Assembly: GCA_963662655.2 (NCBI GenBank)
Contig: CAXXTU010000002.1
Coordinates: 1,216,001 to 1,280,000, forward strand
Origin: Candidatus Cloacimonadales bacterium
Lineage (GTDB): Bacteria; Cloacimonadota; Cloacimonadia; Cloacimonadales; JAIOQZ01
Length of the DNA: 64,000 nucleotides
Direction: 5' to 3'
The position numbers and the translations under genes are program-made. Below, one piece after another: positions 1 to 10,544 of the stretch (positions are counted from its first letter, which is position 1; the number at the start of each line of letters is the position of its first letter). A model generated the notes under the pieces. That model worked only from the letters and a program-made list of their open reading frames with translations, was not told where the DNA came from and did no database searches.

Positions 1-606
1 AACATCACTTCCATGACCCATTTCCACATGGACATCTGGACACCGGACGCGATCGACGGCGAAACCACTTTCGCGGTGAAGCTTGTTGATTTCGGAGCCG
101 ACGGCGCATATGGCGGAGGCGACGACGTGGAGCACGAAGTCTCCTTCGATAACGCCACCCTTCAATCTCAAACCTGGATCGGACTCGACATGGATTTGGA
201 CGACTTCACCAGCCTCACCACACGTGAGCACGTGGCCCAGCTCGTTATCACAAGCGATCCGAACACCGTTTACATCGATAACATCTATTTCCGCGACGAC
301 GACCAGGACGCAGACGACGACGCGATTGACGCGTCGAGCGCTCTGTACAGCCTCGGAAACAACTACCCGAATCCCTTCAACCCCGTGACGAACATCAAGT
401 TCTCCATCAACAAGCCCGGACATGTCAGCCTCAAGGTTTACGACGTGAAGGGAAGGCTGGTGGAAACGCTCGTGAACGATCACCGCGAAGCGGCAACGTA
501 CGATGTTGTTTGGAACGCTGAAGGCGCATCATCGGGTGTATATTTCTACAGCCTGACCGTTAATAACGGCGCTGCAGAAACCAAACGAATGATCCTTCTG
601 AAATAA
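1..606 (+). CDS. 5'-truncated secreted protein: probable carbohydrate-binding module plus C-terminal T9SS/FlgD-type sorting domain
   Basis: The frame is open from base 1. The 'MTHFHMDIWTPD...LVITS...VYIDNIYF' module resembles those of glucanase-associated proteins. The protein ends in 'NYPNPFNP...SGVYFY...KRMILLK'. Confidence 0.75.
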   Translation, partial: NITSMTHFHMDIWTPDAIDGETTFAVKLVDFGADGAYGGGDDVEHEVSFDNATLQSQTWIGLDMDLDDFTSLTTREHVAQLVITSDPNTVYIDNIYFRDDDQDADDDAIDASSALYSLGNNYPNPFNPVTNIKFSINKPGHVSLKVYDVKGRLVETLVNDHREAATYDVVWNAEGASSGVYFYSLTVNNGAAETKRMILLK

Positions 607-681
607 GACCGTGTATCAGCCGGTGTGGCAGCATGCCGGCTGATTCTTTTCCTTTTGAAAAATAAATTGAAGGAGATCCTT

Positions 682-3600
682 TTGAATCGATCCCAAAATG
701 TTAAATACCGTTTGAGTGATTCGGGTGAATTCATCATCAGTAATTACAACGCCTCGAAGCTGTTTTCCAGCTTTTTCCCGGGAGTAGCGGGAAAAGACGG
801 CATCCCCATGTGGCTGTTCTATGTGAACCGCGGACAATGCGTTTGCAGCATGGGCATCGAAGGAAAGCACAACCCGATCATGGAGTTTCTGCCTGCGAAC
901 CAGGCTTACAATCTTGCTTCATCACAGGGATTCAGAACCTTCATCAAGCTTATACATGATAATCAAACCACCTACTACGAGCCTTTTCAGAACAACCTGC
1001 AAGATCGCGACATGCGTCGCGAGCAACGGATGCTCATCTCCCCTGCGTCTCTAACATTGATAGAAGAAAATCAAACGCTCGGAATAAAATTTACGGTGGA
1101 ATACTTCAACGTTCCGCAGGAGAAATACGCGGGACTCATTCGCAGGCTTCAAATTGAAAACACCGGCGAGAAAGCGATTCGCCTGGAGGCCCTGGACGGA
1201 CTTCCTCTGATCATTCCCTACGGTCTCGACAATGGCGCACTCAAGTTTATCCGCAGGCTCGTCGAGGCTTTTGTGGAAGTTACCAACTGCGAAAACAAAG
1301 CGCCGCTTTTTAAAGGGAAAGTTGAGCCGCACGACAGGCCGGAAGTTGTAAAGATCAAGAAAGGTAATTTCTATCTCGGTTTCGTGTCGGAAGAGGGCCG
1401 GAACGAGCTTGTCATACCGATTGTCGATCCGGTGAAAATTTTTGGAATCAGGGGTGATTACAAGTTCCCGGAGAACTTCCTGGATGCTCCATTTGAAGAG
1501 CTTTCCCGCGATCAGATACTCGAGAATAGACTCCCCTCCGCGATGGGACTGTTGGAAGCAACCATCGAACCCGGGAAAACATTCACTTACACTTCCGTGA
1601 TCGGGCATATCGGTTCAGCTGAAGAGATGAACAGCTTGATTCCAGCGATCACCTCCAATGAGTACATCGAAGCCAGGTGCAAAGAGAATAGAGAACTCAT
1701 CGCAAAGCTTACGCAAAACAATTTTATATGCAGCCAGGAACCGGTTTTCGATCACTACACCCGTATGAATTTCCTCGACAACGCCCTCCGCGGCGGTTTC
1801 CCCTACACCATCAAGGGGAAAAAGTCTTCGACAACCCTCTACTTGTATTCCAGAAAGCACGGAGACCTCGAAAGGGACTACAACGACTACCGTCTCACTC
1901 CGACTCCCTATTCGCAGGGGAACGGTAATTTCCGGGATGTGAACCAGAATCGCCGTTGCGATCTGCTCTTCAATCCCGAGGTCCGCGAAGGAAATCTCGA
2001 GCATTTCTACAACCTGATCCAGCTCGACGGATTCAATCCGCTTGTCATCAAAGAGGTGCGCTTCACGGTTCGCGATGAAAACGAACTTCACAGCGTGCTG
2101 AAAGAGTACATCGATATAGAACGCATTTCGGAAGTAGCGACTTGCCTCGATAAGCCCTTTACACCCGGCGAGTTGTTCGTCTGCATGAGAGAGCGGAACA
2201 TTTCCATCTACGGATGTAGCGAGAATTTCGTCGGCGATCTGCTCGACATCTGCACCAAGAGCCACGACGCCGATTTCGGCGAGGGCTTCTGGATCGATCA
2301 CTGGACCTACAATCTCGATCTCCTGGAAAACTACCTGGCGGTTTATCCTGAAATGAAGAACCACATTCTCTATGAGAAAAGCACGTTCTCGTTCTACGAT
2401 AGTCCGCATCATGTGGCGCCGCGAGACGATAAATACGTTATCTGGGACGGCAATCCAATGCAGCTCAGCAGCGTTGTTTTCGATGCTGAGCACGACGAGC
2501 TGATCAAGTCGCGCAAGCGTGACAACCATCTCGTCCACACGCAAAACGGGCGTGGCGAGGTGTATTGCACGACTCTTTTCAACAAGATGCTGTGCCTGAT
2601 CGTGAACAAGCTGGCATCCCTCGACGCGGCGGGTGTCGGTATCGAAATGGAGTCGGATAAGCCCGACTGGTACGACGCGCTGAACGGCCTGCCCGGCCTC
2701 ATCGGATCGAGTCTGAACGAGACGCTGGAAGTCAAGCGACACATCCTGTTTATGCTTGATGCGATTGACGAGCGAAATTCACTTGGCCAGACCACACCGC
2801 TTTTCAATGAACTGTACGATTTCTTTTTAAAACTCGGTGAATTGCTCGCCAGCGACGCGAAGCCTTTCGAATACTGGGATCGGGCCACGACCCTCAAGGA
2901 AGCCTACCGCTTCCGCACCCATGCAGGTATCGAAGGCAAGGAGACATTCGCATCCTACGATGGAATCAGATCCTTCCTCGCCAACGGCCTCAAGCGCATC
3001 GAGGATGGTATCGCCAGGGCATGGAATCACGAGCAGCAGGTTATCTCGACCTACTTCATCAACAAGGTAACTGCCTTCGACCAGATCAAGATCAGAGACG
3101 AGGATGGAAATCTCGTTCCCAAACGCAACGGCAAGGGACCGTGCTTCAAAGCGAAGAGCTTCGACCAGATCGCTCTGCCGCTCTTTCTCGAGGGACCGGT
3201 ACACTACCTCAGAAGCAGCACGGACAAAGAGGACTCGAAGAAGCTTGTCGCAAACATCCGCAACAGCGGACTGTTCGACGAAAAGTTGAAGATGTACAAG
3301 GTGAACGAGAAGCTTGACGACCAGCCGATGGAAATCGGCCGGGCGAGAACATTCTCTCCCGGTTGGTTCGAGAACGAATCGATTTGGTTGCACATGGAGT
3401 ACAAGTACATGCTCGAGGTGCTTCGCAACGAGCTTTACGAGGAGTTCTTCACCGACTTCCGGAACGTTTGCGTGCCTTTCTTGAAGCCAGAGGTTTACGG
3501 TCGGAGCATTCTCGAGAACTCGTCGTTCATCGTCAGTAGCGCGAATCCGGACCCGTCCATTCACGGCAATGGCTTCGTTGCGCGACTCAGTGGCGCAACA

Positions 3601-3999
3601 GCGGAATTCATCAACATGCTGATGATCATGTCGATTGGCAAGAAGCCATTCAGTCTGAACGAACTCGGTGAGCTTCAACTTACCCTGGATCCCGCAATTC
3701 CCGACTGGCTTTTCACCCGGGAGAAGCAGGTTCGCTATCTGTTTATCGACGATAAGCCGACGGATGTAACGTTCGAGAAGAATACGTTCAGTTGCATGTT
3801 CCTCGGCAGGACGCTGGTCACATATCACAATCCGAAGCGCAAGAACACGTTTGGAGTTGAAGGTGTATGCCCTGCTTCCTACACGATAGAAACCCTGTCG
3901 GGGGATATCTTGCAGACGGGTTCGGGTGTTATAACGGGCGAACTGGCACACAAGATTCGTAACAGAGAGGTTCGAAGAATCACGGTCGAACTCGAATAG
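682..3999 (+). CDS. Large glycoside phosphorylase, probably GH161 beta-1,3-glucan phosphorylase (often annotated 'cellobiose phosphorylase')
   Basis: About 1,100 aa with motifs FYVNRGQ, YSRKHGDLERDYN, GNFRDVNQNRR, WYDALNGLPG and WFENESIWLHMEYKY. Start re-called at TTG 682 after AAGGAG (670-675). Confidence 0.75.
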   Translation: MNRSQNVKYRLSDSGEFIISNYNASKLFSSFFPGVAGKDGIPMWLFYVNRGQCVCSMGIEGKHNPIMEFLPANQAYNLASSQGFRTFIKLIHDNQTTYYEPFQNNLQDRDMRREQRMLISPASLTLIEENQTLGIKFTVEYFNVPQEKYAGLIRRLQIENTGEKAIRLEALDGLPLIIPYGLDNGALKFIRRLVEAFVEVTNCENKAPLFKGKVEPHDRPEVVKIKKGNFYLGFVSEEGRNELVIPIVDPVKIFGIRGDYKFPENFLDAPFEELSRDQILENRLPSAMGLLEATIEPGKTFTYTSVIGHIGSAEEMNSLIPAITSNEYIEARCKENRELIAKLTQNNFICSQEPVFDHYTRMNFLDNALRGGFPYTIKGKKSSTTLYLYSRKHGDLERDYNDYRLTPTPYSQGNGNFRDVNQNRRCDLLFNPEVREGNLEHFYNLIQLDGFNPLVIKEVRFTVRDENELHSVLKEYIDIERISEVATCLDKPFTPGELFVCMRERNISIYGCSENFVGDLLDICTKSHDADFGEGFWIDHWTYNLDLLENYLAVYPEMKNHILYEKSTFSFYDSPHHVAPRDDKYVIWDGNPMQLSSVVFDAEHDELIKSRKRDNHLVHTQNGRGEVYCTTLFNKMLCLIVNKLASLDAAGVGIEMESDKPDWYDALNGLPGLIGSSLNETLEVKRHILFMLDAIDERNSLGQTTPLFNELYDFFLKLGELLASDAKPFEYWDRATTLKEAYRFRTHAGIEGKETFASYDGIRSFLANGLKRIEDGIARAWNHEQQVISTYFINKVTAFDQIKIRDEDGNLVPKRNGKGPCFKAKSFDQIALPLFLEGPVHYLRSSTDKEDSKKLVANIRNSGLFDEKLKMYKVNEKLDDQPMEIGRARTFSPGWFENESIWLHMEYKYMLEVLRNELYEEFFTDFRNVCVPFLKPEVYGRSILENSSFIVSSANPDPSIHGNGFVARLSGATAEFINMLMIMSIGKKPFSLNELGELQLTLDPAIPDWLFTREKQVRYLFIDDKPTDVTFEKNTFSCMFLGRTLVTYHNPKRKNTFGVEGVCPASYTIETLSGDILQTGSGVITGELAHKIRNREVRRITVELE

Positions 4000-4016
4000 A
4001 CTATTTCCGGAAACGG

Positions 4017-4071
4017 AAAGAAAGAACCTTCGTATTAATTTCCCCATAATGCCGCGAAGGTTCTTTTCTTT
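4017..4071 (+). terminator. Intrinsic terminator after the phosphorylase gene
   Basis: Inverted repeat AAAGAACCTTCG / CGAAGGTTCTTT followed by a T-rich tract. Confidence 0.65.
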
Positions 4072-4214
4072 TATATACGATTTCCCGATTGTAGAACTAG
4101 CAAAGTGCAAAATGGTTTACGGGAAATCGTTCCAGAGAACCACTTCCGCATTCTCAACTTTACTGATTCATGATTCGTTAAAGCGGAAATGGTTTTGGGG
4201 GCAACCTCCGACTC

Positions 4215-4378
4215 GAGTTTGCTCAACCGGCCTCGCGGCGGGGCGGCGTGTGCGCTTCGCGCACGAACAGGATTTGAGAGCGTTCTGCACAGAACCGCTC
4301 TCAAATCCTGCAGAAAGGCCCTTCGGGACTTTCAACGCCGCCCCGCCGCGGACATGGTGCGCGCATTTGCAGAACTCA
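4215..4378. repeat. Multi-branched palindromic intergenic element (MITE/REP-like or structured RNA)
   Basis: A perfect 16-bp outer stem (4234-4249/4335-4350) encloses three hairpins, one with a perfect 15-bp stem (4268-4282/4296-4310). Confidence 0.7.
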
Positions 4379-4639
4379 ACTATTGCTAGCGATTTGAGCT
4401 ACTTGAAATGAATGCACAATGTTCAGCAAATCCTGACCTATCTCACAAAAAGCTTGACGTTTACGTCGCCTCCGAACAAAGGGTTGCAGGCTGAGAGTAT
4501 GTTTTGAACGATGCAGATTCGATGAAGAGCACATGGAGTAATCCTGACTTCTCGGCGCAAAAAGCATAAGTAAATTGAGACAATAATGACCCAATCGCAG
4601 GATCGGGTCTTATTTCTTTTCAAGGAAGTTGAGGTACAA

Positions 4640-5584
4640 ATGAGTCGTAAAGCTGTTGTAGCATTAGGCGGAAACGCCATCATTAACGCAGGCCAGGAAG
4701 GTACGATATCTCAGCAGTTTGCCAATACGAGAACTAGTCTTTCCGTGATTGCCGAACTCGCGAAACAGGGGTATCGCCTCGCAATCACACATGGTAACGG
4801 CCCACAGGTTGGAAACCTTCTTATTCAACAACTTGCGGGTATGGACAAAAACATTGCCCCATTGCCTCTGGGCGTGCTCAACGCGGCCACGGAAGGCACC
4901 ATGGGATACATGATCGAGCAATCCCTGCAAAACCTTTTCATCAAAAACGGAATCGAACGCAATGTCATCACGATCCTGAGCCAGGTTCTTGTCGATCGCA
5001 ACGACCCCAGCATCAAGAATCCCAGCAAGCCGGTAGGTCCCTTTTTCGATAAGGAGAAGGCCGACCACATGGCGAGCGAATATGGCTGGACAATGGTGGA
5101 AGATTCGGGTCGCGGATACCGTCAGGTCGTTCCATCCCCCCTCCCTATCGATATCGTGCAGGCTCCAACCATTCAACGACTGGTGGACGAAGGCCACATC
5201 GTCATCGCGTGCGGCGGTGGCGGCGTACCGTATTACATCATGGAAGACGGTACCTACGAAGGCTTCGACGCGGTGATCGACAAGGATTATGCGTCGGCGC
5301 TTCTCGCCGAAAAGATCGAAGCCGAACGCCTGGTGATCCTCACCGGCGTGGAAAAAGTCTCAATCCACTTCGGGAAGCCGGAACAAAGGGACCTGAGCCG
5401 CATGACCCTGGAAGAAGCCAGACAGTACAGCGATGAAGGACATTTTCCTGCAGGAAGCATGGGACCCAAGATCAAAGCCGCGATCCGCTTCATCGAGCGC
5501 GGCGGCAAGGAAGTCCTCATCACTTCCATCGATAAAGTTCTGGATGCATTTTCCGGTAAAACTGGAACGATCATTGCAAAGTAG
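4640..5584 (+). CDS. arcC: Carbamate kinase
   Basis: Motifs VVALGGNA, THGNGPQVG, KPVGPF, CGGGGVP, AVIDKD and FPAGSMGPK. ATG 4640 follows GAGGT. Confidence 0.95.
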   Translation: MSRKAVVALGGNAIINAGQEGTISQQFANTRTSLSVIAELAKQGYRLAITHGNGPQVGNLLIQQLAGMDKNIAPLPLGVLNAATEGTMGYMIEQSLQNLFIKNGIERNVITILSQVLVDRNDPSIKNPSKPVGPFFDKEKADHMASEYGWTMVEDSGRGYRQVVPSPLPIDIVQAPTIQRLVDEGHIVIACGGGGVPYYIMEDGTYEGFDAVIDKDYASALLAEKIEAERLVILTGVEKVSIHFGKPEQRDLSRMTLEEARQYSDEGHFPAGSMGPKIKAAIRFIERGGKEVLITSIDKVLDAFSGKTGTIIAK

Positions 5585-5655
5585 TTTTATGAATCCGGCT
5601 CAGGTTGCTGTTTTCGCGCTTGAGCCCGATTACTTTTTTTATTTGGAGTATCTGT

Positions 5656-7194
5656 ATGTTGCTTCACACAGCATTTATTCGAACAGCCAAAAAGAAACCA
5701 AGCCACCTTTCCGTTTACGATATTTCATCGAGCAAGGAGTTCACCTATGAAAGAATGCTGATCGCATCGTTCATTCTTTCGCGAAAAATCTCCGCCTTCC
5801 CGGAAGCCCATATCGGCATCATGCTGCCGACTTCCGCAGGGTGCATGCTTTCGATCCTCGGTGTCCTCATGAGCGGTAAGATACCCGTCATGCTCAACTA
5901 CTCCACAGGCGCGAAAGAGAATTGCGAATACGGTCAGAATAAATGCAATTTCACGACGATCATAACCAGCAAGAAGCTCCTCGAGGCAATCAAGATGCAG
6001 CCGATCAAGGGGATGGTGTACATCGAAGACATGCTCAAGCAGGTCACGCTGCTAGACAAGATACTCTGCGCCCTTAAAGCCAAGCTCCCCGGGAAAATGA
6101 TCATTGGATCGCTCCCGAAAAAGACGCGTGAAGACACCGCCGTCATCCTCTTCACCAGCGGTAGCGAAAAGGATCCCAAGGCGGTGGAGCTTTCCCACAA
6201 GAACATCAGCACCAACCTTCGCGACGTCCACCAGATTCTCCGAATATCGCCCGATGATATTTTCCTGGCAAACCTCCCCCTCTTCCACGTGTTCGGCCTG
6301 ACTGTCGATATGTGGCTGCCGATATGCGGTGGCAACACGATCATTGCACACGCCAATCCGTTGGATTACAAGGGAATCTGCGATTCGATCCGTAAACATA
6401 AGGTGTCTGTCATGGTGGGCACACCCACCTTCTACCACGGGTACCTCAAGAAGAGCGAGAAGGGCGATTTCGACACCGTTCGTATCGCCGTGGCCGGAGC
6501 GGATAAACTCACCCGTCAGATACGCGAAGAGTACCTTCACATGCACAACCTCGAAGTGTGCGAAGGCTACGGGGCAACGGAAACGAGTCCCGTTATTTCC
6601 ACCAACCTTCCCGGAAGAAACAAGCCGGGTAGCGTTGGTATCCCGCTCCCAAGCGTATCGGTGAAAATCGTAGATCGTGAAACCAGCGAGGAACTTCCGC
6701 GCGGCGAAGAAGGGAAGATCATGGTCAAAGGCGACAACGTTATGAAGGGTTACTACCACGACATCGAGGAGACCTCGCTCCGCATTCACAACAACTGGTA
6801 CGAAACAGGCGACATGGGTGTCCTGGATGAAGACGGCTACCTTTGGCATCGTGGAAGGCTGAAACGATTCGTCAAGATCGGCGGTGAGATGGTTTCCCTG
6901 GTTAGAGTTGAAACGGTTCTTGAAAAGCTTCTGCCGGAAGGCACCATCTGCTGCGCAGTGGATATACCCAATCCGGTAAAGGGATCGGAGATTGTCGCGG
7001 TGGTAACAACGGAAGAAATCAATGTTCGCCACATCAAGAAACAAATGGCGAAGGAACTGCCCTCTCTTGCCATCCCGAAAGAGTTTCACGTCATTCAGGA
7101 TATCCCGATGATGTCCAGCGGCAAGGTCAACTTCAGAGAAGTCGAAAGCATTTGCCGGGACTGGAGAAAGAAGAAGAAACAAGGGAAGAACTGA
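5656..7194 (+). CDS. AMP-binding acyl-ACP synthetase (Aas C-terminal-like)
   Basis: Motifs ILFTSGSEKDPKAV, LPLFHVFG, EGYGATETSP, WYETGD and GRLKRFVKIGGEMVSL. ATG 5656 follows GGAG. Confidence 0.9.
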   Translation: MLLHTAFIRTAKKKPSHLSVYDISSSKEFTYERMLIASFILSRKISAFPEAHIGIMLPTSAGCMLSILGVLMSGKIPVMLNYSTGAKENCEYGQNKCNFTTIITSKKLLEAIKMQPIKGMVYIEDMLKQVTLLDKILCALKAKLPGKMIIGSLPKKTREDTAVILFTSGSEKDPKAVELSHKNISTNLRDVHQILRISPDDIFLANLPLFHVFGLTVDMWLPICGGNTIIAHANPLDYKGICDSIRKHKVSVMVGTPTFYHGYLKKSEKGDFDTVRIAVAGADKLTRQIREEYLHMHNLEVCEGYGATETSPVISTNLPGRNKPGSVGIPLPSVSVKIVDRETSEELPRGEEGKIMVKGDNVMKGYYHDIEETSLRIHNNWYETGDMGVLDEDGYLWHRGRLKRFVKIGGEMVSLVRVETVLEKLLPEGTICCAVDIPNPVKGSEIVAVVTTEEINVRHIKKQMAKELPSLAIPKEFHVIQDIPMMSSGKVNFREVESICRDWRKKKKQGKN

Positions 7195-7200
7195 TCCCTT

Positions 7201-9642
7201 TTACGACTCCTTTATCAGTGCTTTCCTGAGAAACCTGAACCGACCGGTATCTTCTCGCGGAATTCCGAATGCGATATCCAGAATCTCGAACACGCTTATC
7301 CCTTGCAGCGCTTTGGTTACTTCAAGTTCACCATTCCGCCAGTTCATCCGCTTGATCATTGTCTTGATATCGACAGTTCTCGTCTTTTCCTTGCGCGTAC
7401 GCTCGTAGAGAATCTCATCTGCGGCATGATACGCTTCCAGTTTCTCTGAAAACACGTCCGCCATCGCGTGCGGTGGCGTAACGACCACGATCTCGTCCTG
7501 ATAGAAGTTCATCGCCCTCTCAGCCTTGGTCGGAACCGCCTCGATCCTCACAAAGCCCAGCGAATCGGGTATGCAATTTTGGACTGCTTCTGCGATATCC
7601 TCTTCCGGCATTCTTCCGTCCAACGCAAAATCGACATACTCGCAAAGACTCTCCACGCCAACCGGTAGCGGCGGCCCCATAGCGGTTCGCGGATGAGGAT
7701 TGAATCCTTCCGTATGGGCGATCGGCAACCCCGAGCTGCGCAGTATCCGCTGGAACATCCGAAGCAGGTCGAGATGACCCGCGAATCGCACGACCCCGGT
7801 CTTCTCGTACCAGAGTCGATAGAATTCCTGTTGCTGATCCGGTTTTGCCACCTTCATGGGAACCGTGTCCATTCCGCGGCTTCCGGTGTAAACCGGCTTG
7901 ACCTTTTCGTCGCAAACGCCGCACTGATAACAGCCATCGCGGCAATCGTGCGTAGTGTCGCCACGAGACGCCTTTTCCCATTCGTCTTTCAGGAAGTCTT
8001 GATCGATCCGCAAATTGATGTGATCCCACGCAAGCTCCTGCCCCACTTCTCTCGCATCCAGGAAACGGAAACTGCCATGCTGCTCGAAGCTCTCCATCCA
8101 GCGCTGGCTATCTTCCATCTCGCTCCAGCCGTCGAACATCGAGCCTTTCCTGTAGACATCTAAAATTACTTCGCCAAGCGATGCGTCGCCGCGAGAGAGA
8201 ACGCCCTCCAGAATCGACATCTCGACAGCCGGGTATTTTGCGCGAACATTCTTGTAGGGGCGCAGCGCGTGCTTGACCAACAGAATTCTGCGTAAGATTT
8301 CAGCGCCGTCCACCATCGGAGCCCACTGGAAGGGCGTAAACGGCTTGGGCACGAACGGCGATAGGGATATGTTGATCTTAAGCCTGCGACGCGAGAGAGA
8401 ATTGATCTTCTCGACCAGATCGACGATCCCCATCAGGTCGTCGTCGTTCTCGAAGGGAAGCCCCACCATGAAGTAGAGCTTGATCAGCTTCCAGCCGTTA
8501 TCCAGCGCGATTTGCACGCCTCGAAGAATCTCTTCCTCGGTAATGTTTTTGTTGATGATGTCCCGAAGCCGCTGCGAACCCGCCTCCGGCGCTACCGTCA
8601 AACCGGCCGCGCCGATGTGGTTCATCAGCTTGATCAGCGATTCGTCCAGTGAATCGACACGCAGCGAAGGCAGCGAAAGCGAGGTTGTCTTCGCACCGAG
8701 TCTGTCATACAAAGCTGGCATGAGTTCGCGTATGCAGGTGTAGTCCGAGGACGAAAGCGATGCCAGGCCGGCCTCTTCCCAACCGTACGTCTCCACTTCG
8801 TGGACCAGGCGTTCCACGATCGCTTCCGGACTCTTCTCGCGAACCGGTCGATAGTAGTACCCCGCGTGACAGAAGCGGCACCCGCGCGTGCATCCCCGCA
8901 TGATCTCTTCCACATAGCGATCGTGCGCCGGTTGCAGCCAGGGGACCAACTGCTTCGTGTGCAGCAGGTCGGAATTGCTGAAACCCATGAACTTGGCGGC
9001 CGTGATTTTCCTCGATTTCCCTTTTCGATAAAGAGCCGGAATGTAGATTGAAGGGATATTCGCCAGGGCAAGCAGGCGGTGTTTTCTGCCTTTTACATGC
9101 TTCATGATGGAAGCGATCTTCACAATGTCTTCTTCCGCTTCACCGATGAGAATCGCATCGAAGAAACGAGCCATCGGCTCCGGGTTGCTCAAGGACGGTC
9201 CACCGCCCAGTATGATGGGATCGCTCTCCGCTCTGCCGCATGCGTCGAGAGGAATCCCCGCCAGGTCGAGCATATACAGGACGTTGGTGAAGTTCAGCTC
9301 GCTTTGGAGCGTAAAGCCTACCACATCGAAAAAGCGTAGCGGAACGCGGCTCTCCACGCCGAACAGGAGGATGTTCTCCTCCTCCATGAGTCTGGCGAAA
9401 TCCGGCCATGGCGCATACGCCCGATCCGCAACGACATCGTCGATATCGTTCAGAATGCTGTATAAAATCTTCAGCCCGAGATGGGAAAATCCCACCTCGT
9501 ATGCATCCGGGAATGCCAGGCAGAAATTGATGGTGTTCTCGCCGGGCGTTTTCCTGCGAGCGTTCGTTTCATGATCGATGTAGCGCGCAGGCTTCTCCAC
9601 AGACGGCAAAAGATGCAAAAAATCAACGGTTGGAAGGTTCAT
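7201..9642 (-). CDS. TIGR03960-type radical SAM protein fused to a DUF2344/TIGR03936 domain
   Basis: KPARY, AFPDAYEVG, the CxxxCxxC motif (RGCTRGCRFC), a C-terminal CRDGCYQCGVC, then GHLDLLR...EGFNPHP. Confidence 0.9.
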   Translation of the reverse strand: MNLPTVDFLHLLPSVEKPARYIDHETNARRKTPGENTINFCLAFPDAYEVGFSHLGLKILYSILNDIDDVVADRAYAPWPDFARLMEEENILLFGVESRVPLRFFDVVGFTLQSELNFTNVLYMLDLAGIPLDACGRAESDPIILGGGPSLSNPEPMARFFDAILIGEAEEDIVKIASIMKHVKGRKHRLLALANIPSIYIPALYRKGKSRKITAAKFMGFSNSDLLHTKQLVPWLQPAHDRYVEEIMRGCTRGCRFCHAGYYYRPVREKSPEAIVERLVHEVETYGWEEAGLASLSSSDYTCIRELMPALYDRLGAKTTSLSLPSLRVDSLDESLIKLMNHIGAAGLTVAPEAGSQRLRDIINKNITEEEILRGVQIALDNGWKLIKLYFMVGLPFENDDDLMGIVDLVEKINSLSRRRLKINISLSPFVPKPFTPFQWAPMVDGAEILRRILLVKHALRPYKNVRAKYPAVEMSILEGVLSRGDASLGEVILDVYRKGSMFDGWSEMEDSQRWMESFEQHGSFRFLDAREVGQELAWDHINLRIDQDFLKDEWEKASRGDTTHDCRDGCYQCGVCDEKVKPVYTGSRGMDTVPMKVAKPDQQQEFYRLWYEKTGVVRFAGHLDLLRMFQRILRSSGLPIAHTEGFNPHPRTAMGPPLPVGVESLCEYVDFALDGRMPEEDIAEAVQNCIPDSLGFVRIEAVPTKAERAMNFYQDEIVVVTPPHAMADVFSEKLEAYHAADEILYERTRKEKTRTVDIKTMIKRMNWRNGELEVTKALQGISVFEILDIAFGIPREDTGRFRFLRKALIKES

Positions 9643-9668
9643 GGGTAATCCGGTGGTTTGTAAAAGAT

Positions 9669-10313
9669 TTATTCTTTGTAGTTGAAAGCGCTGTCTTTGT
9701 TATCGAAGAGGATATTATCAACGTAATCGGTGCTGTCGCGCAGCGCTTGTTCATCGAATGCAACGCTTTCGGTTTCAGCCGGTGTCTGGCTGACTTCTTC
9801 GGCTTCGGTTGGCTCGGCTTCTTCTTCTTCAGGCTTTTCCTGTTCGACGACGTTCACGGATTTCACAGAATCCTGCTTCACCGCCTCGGCTACGACTTCG
9901 CCATTGAGCTCTCTGCTCAGCGAGAAATCCAGCAGTCCCTTGTTGTAAAGGTTGTACACGACAATCGCGAGAACGATCAACAACAGAAACAGCGCTGCGA
10001 ACGAAAAGATGCTTCCGGGCAGAAGCAGTTTCTTGTGCTTACGGGGTCGCATGTAAAGGGGCTTCATTTCAAAATCGTCGGAGTCGTAATGCTTGTCGAA
10101 CATGAGCATGACTTTCTCTATATCGGCATGTACCGCCTTGGCGTATGTTGCGAGCATCACCTTGGCGTAGCCGAAACCGCCTATGGGAGAGAAGTCGTCC
10201 TTCTCGATATACTCGAGAAAGGCTACCTTGATCTTGGTAATATCAGAGACATCCTCAAGCGATAGTCCCTTCGCTTCCCGAGTCTCCTTAAGGTATTTTC
10301 CGATCGTCTCCAT
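9669..10313 (-). CDS. RodZ-like HTH membrane protein
   Basis: N-terminal 'IGKYLKETREAKGLSLEDVSDITKIK' HTH, one transmembrane helix and an acidic tail. Confidence 0.8.
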   Translation of the reverse strand: METIGKYLKETREAKGLSLEDVSDITKIKVAFLEYIEKDDFSPIGGFGYAKVMLATYAKAVHADIEKVMLMFDKHYDSDDFEMKPLYMRPRKHKKLLLPGSIFSFAALFLLLIVLAIVVYNLYNKGLLDFSLSRELNGEVVAEAVKQDSVKSVNVVEQEKPEEEEAEPTEAEEVSQTPAETESVAFDEQALRDSTDYVDNILFDNKDSAFNYKE

Positions 10314-10544
10314 TCAGGCCCCTGCACTTACGAATAACATGGAATCGCTATCATAACGATTTTTTCAATAAAGTTTCACGATTGCGTATATTGTCAAGAA
10401 GAAATGCCCACGGAACGAAAATGGCTGGTTCCGGTGTCCATTAATAAGCAGAAAAGTGACTCTTGGAGCATGTCCCGCCAAATTATCTTCTTGACAGGTT
10501 TTTGCGCTGAGATATGAAAAATGTCCGATGGAGATTAGAACAAC

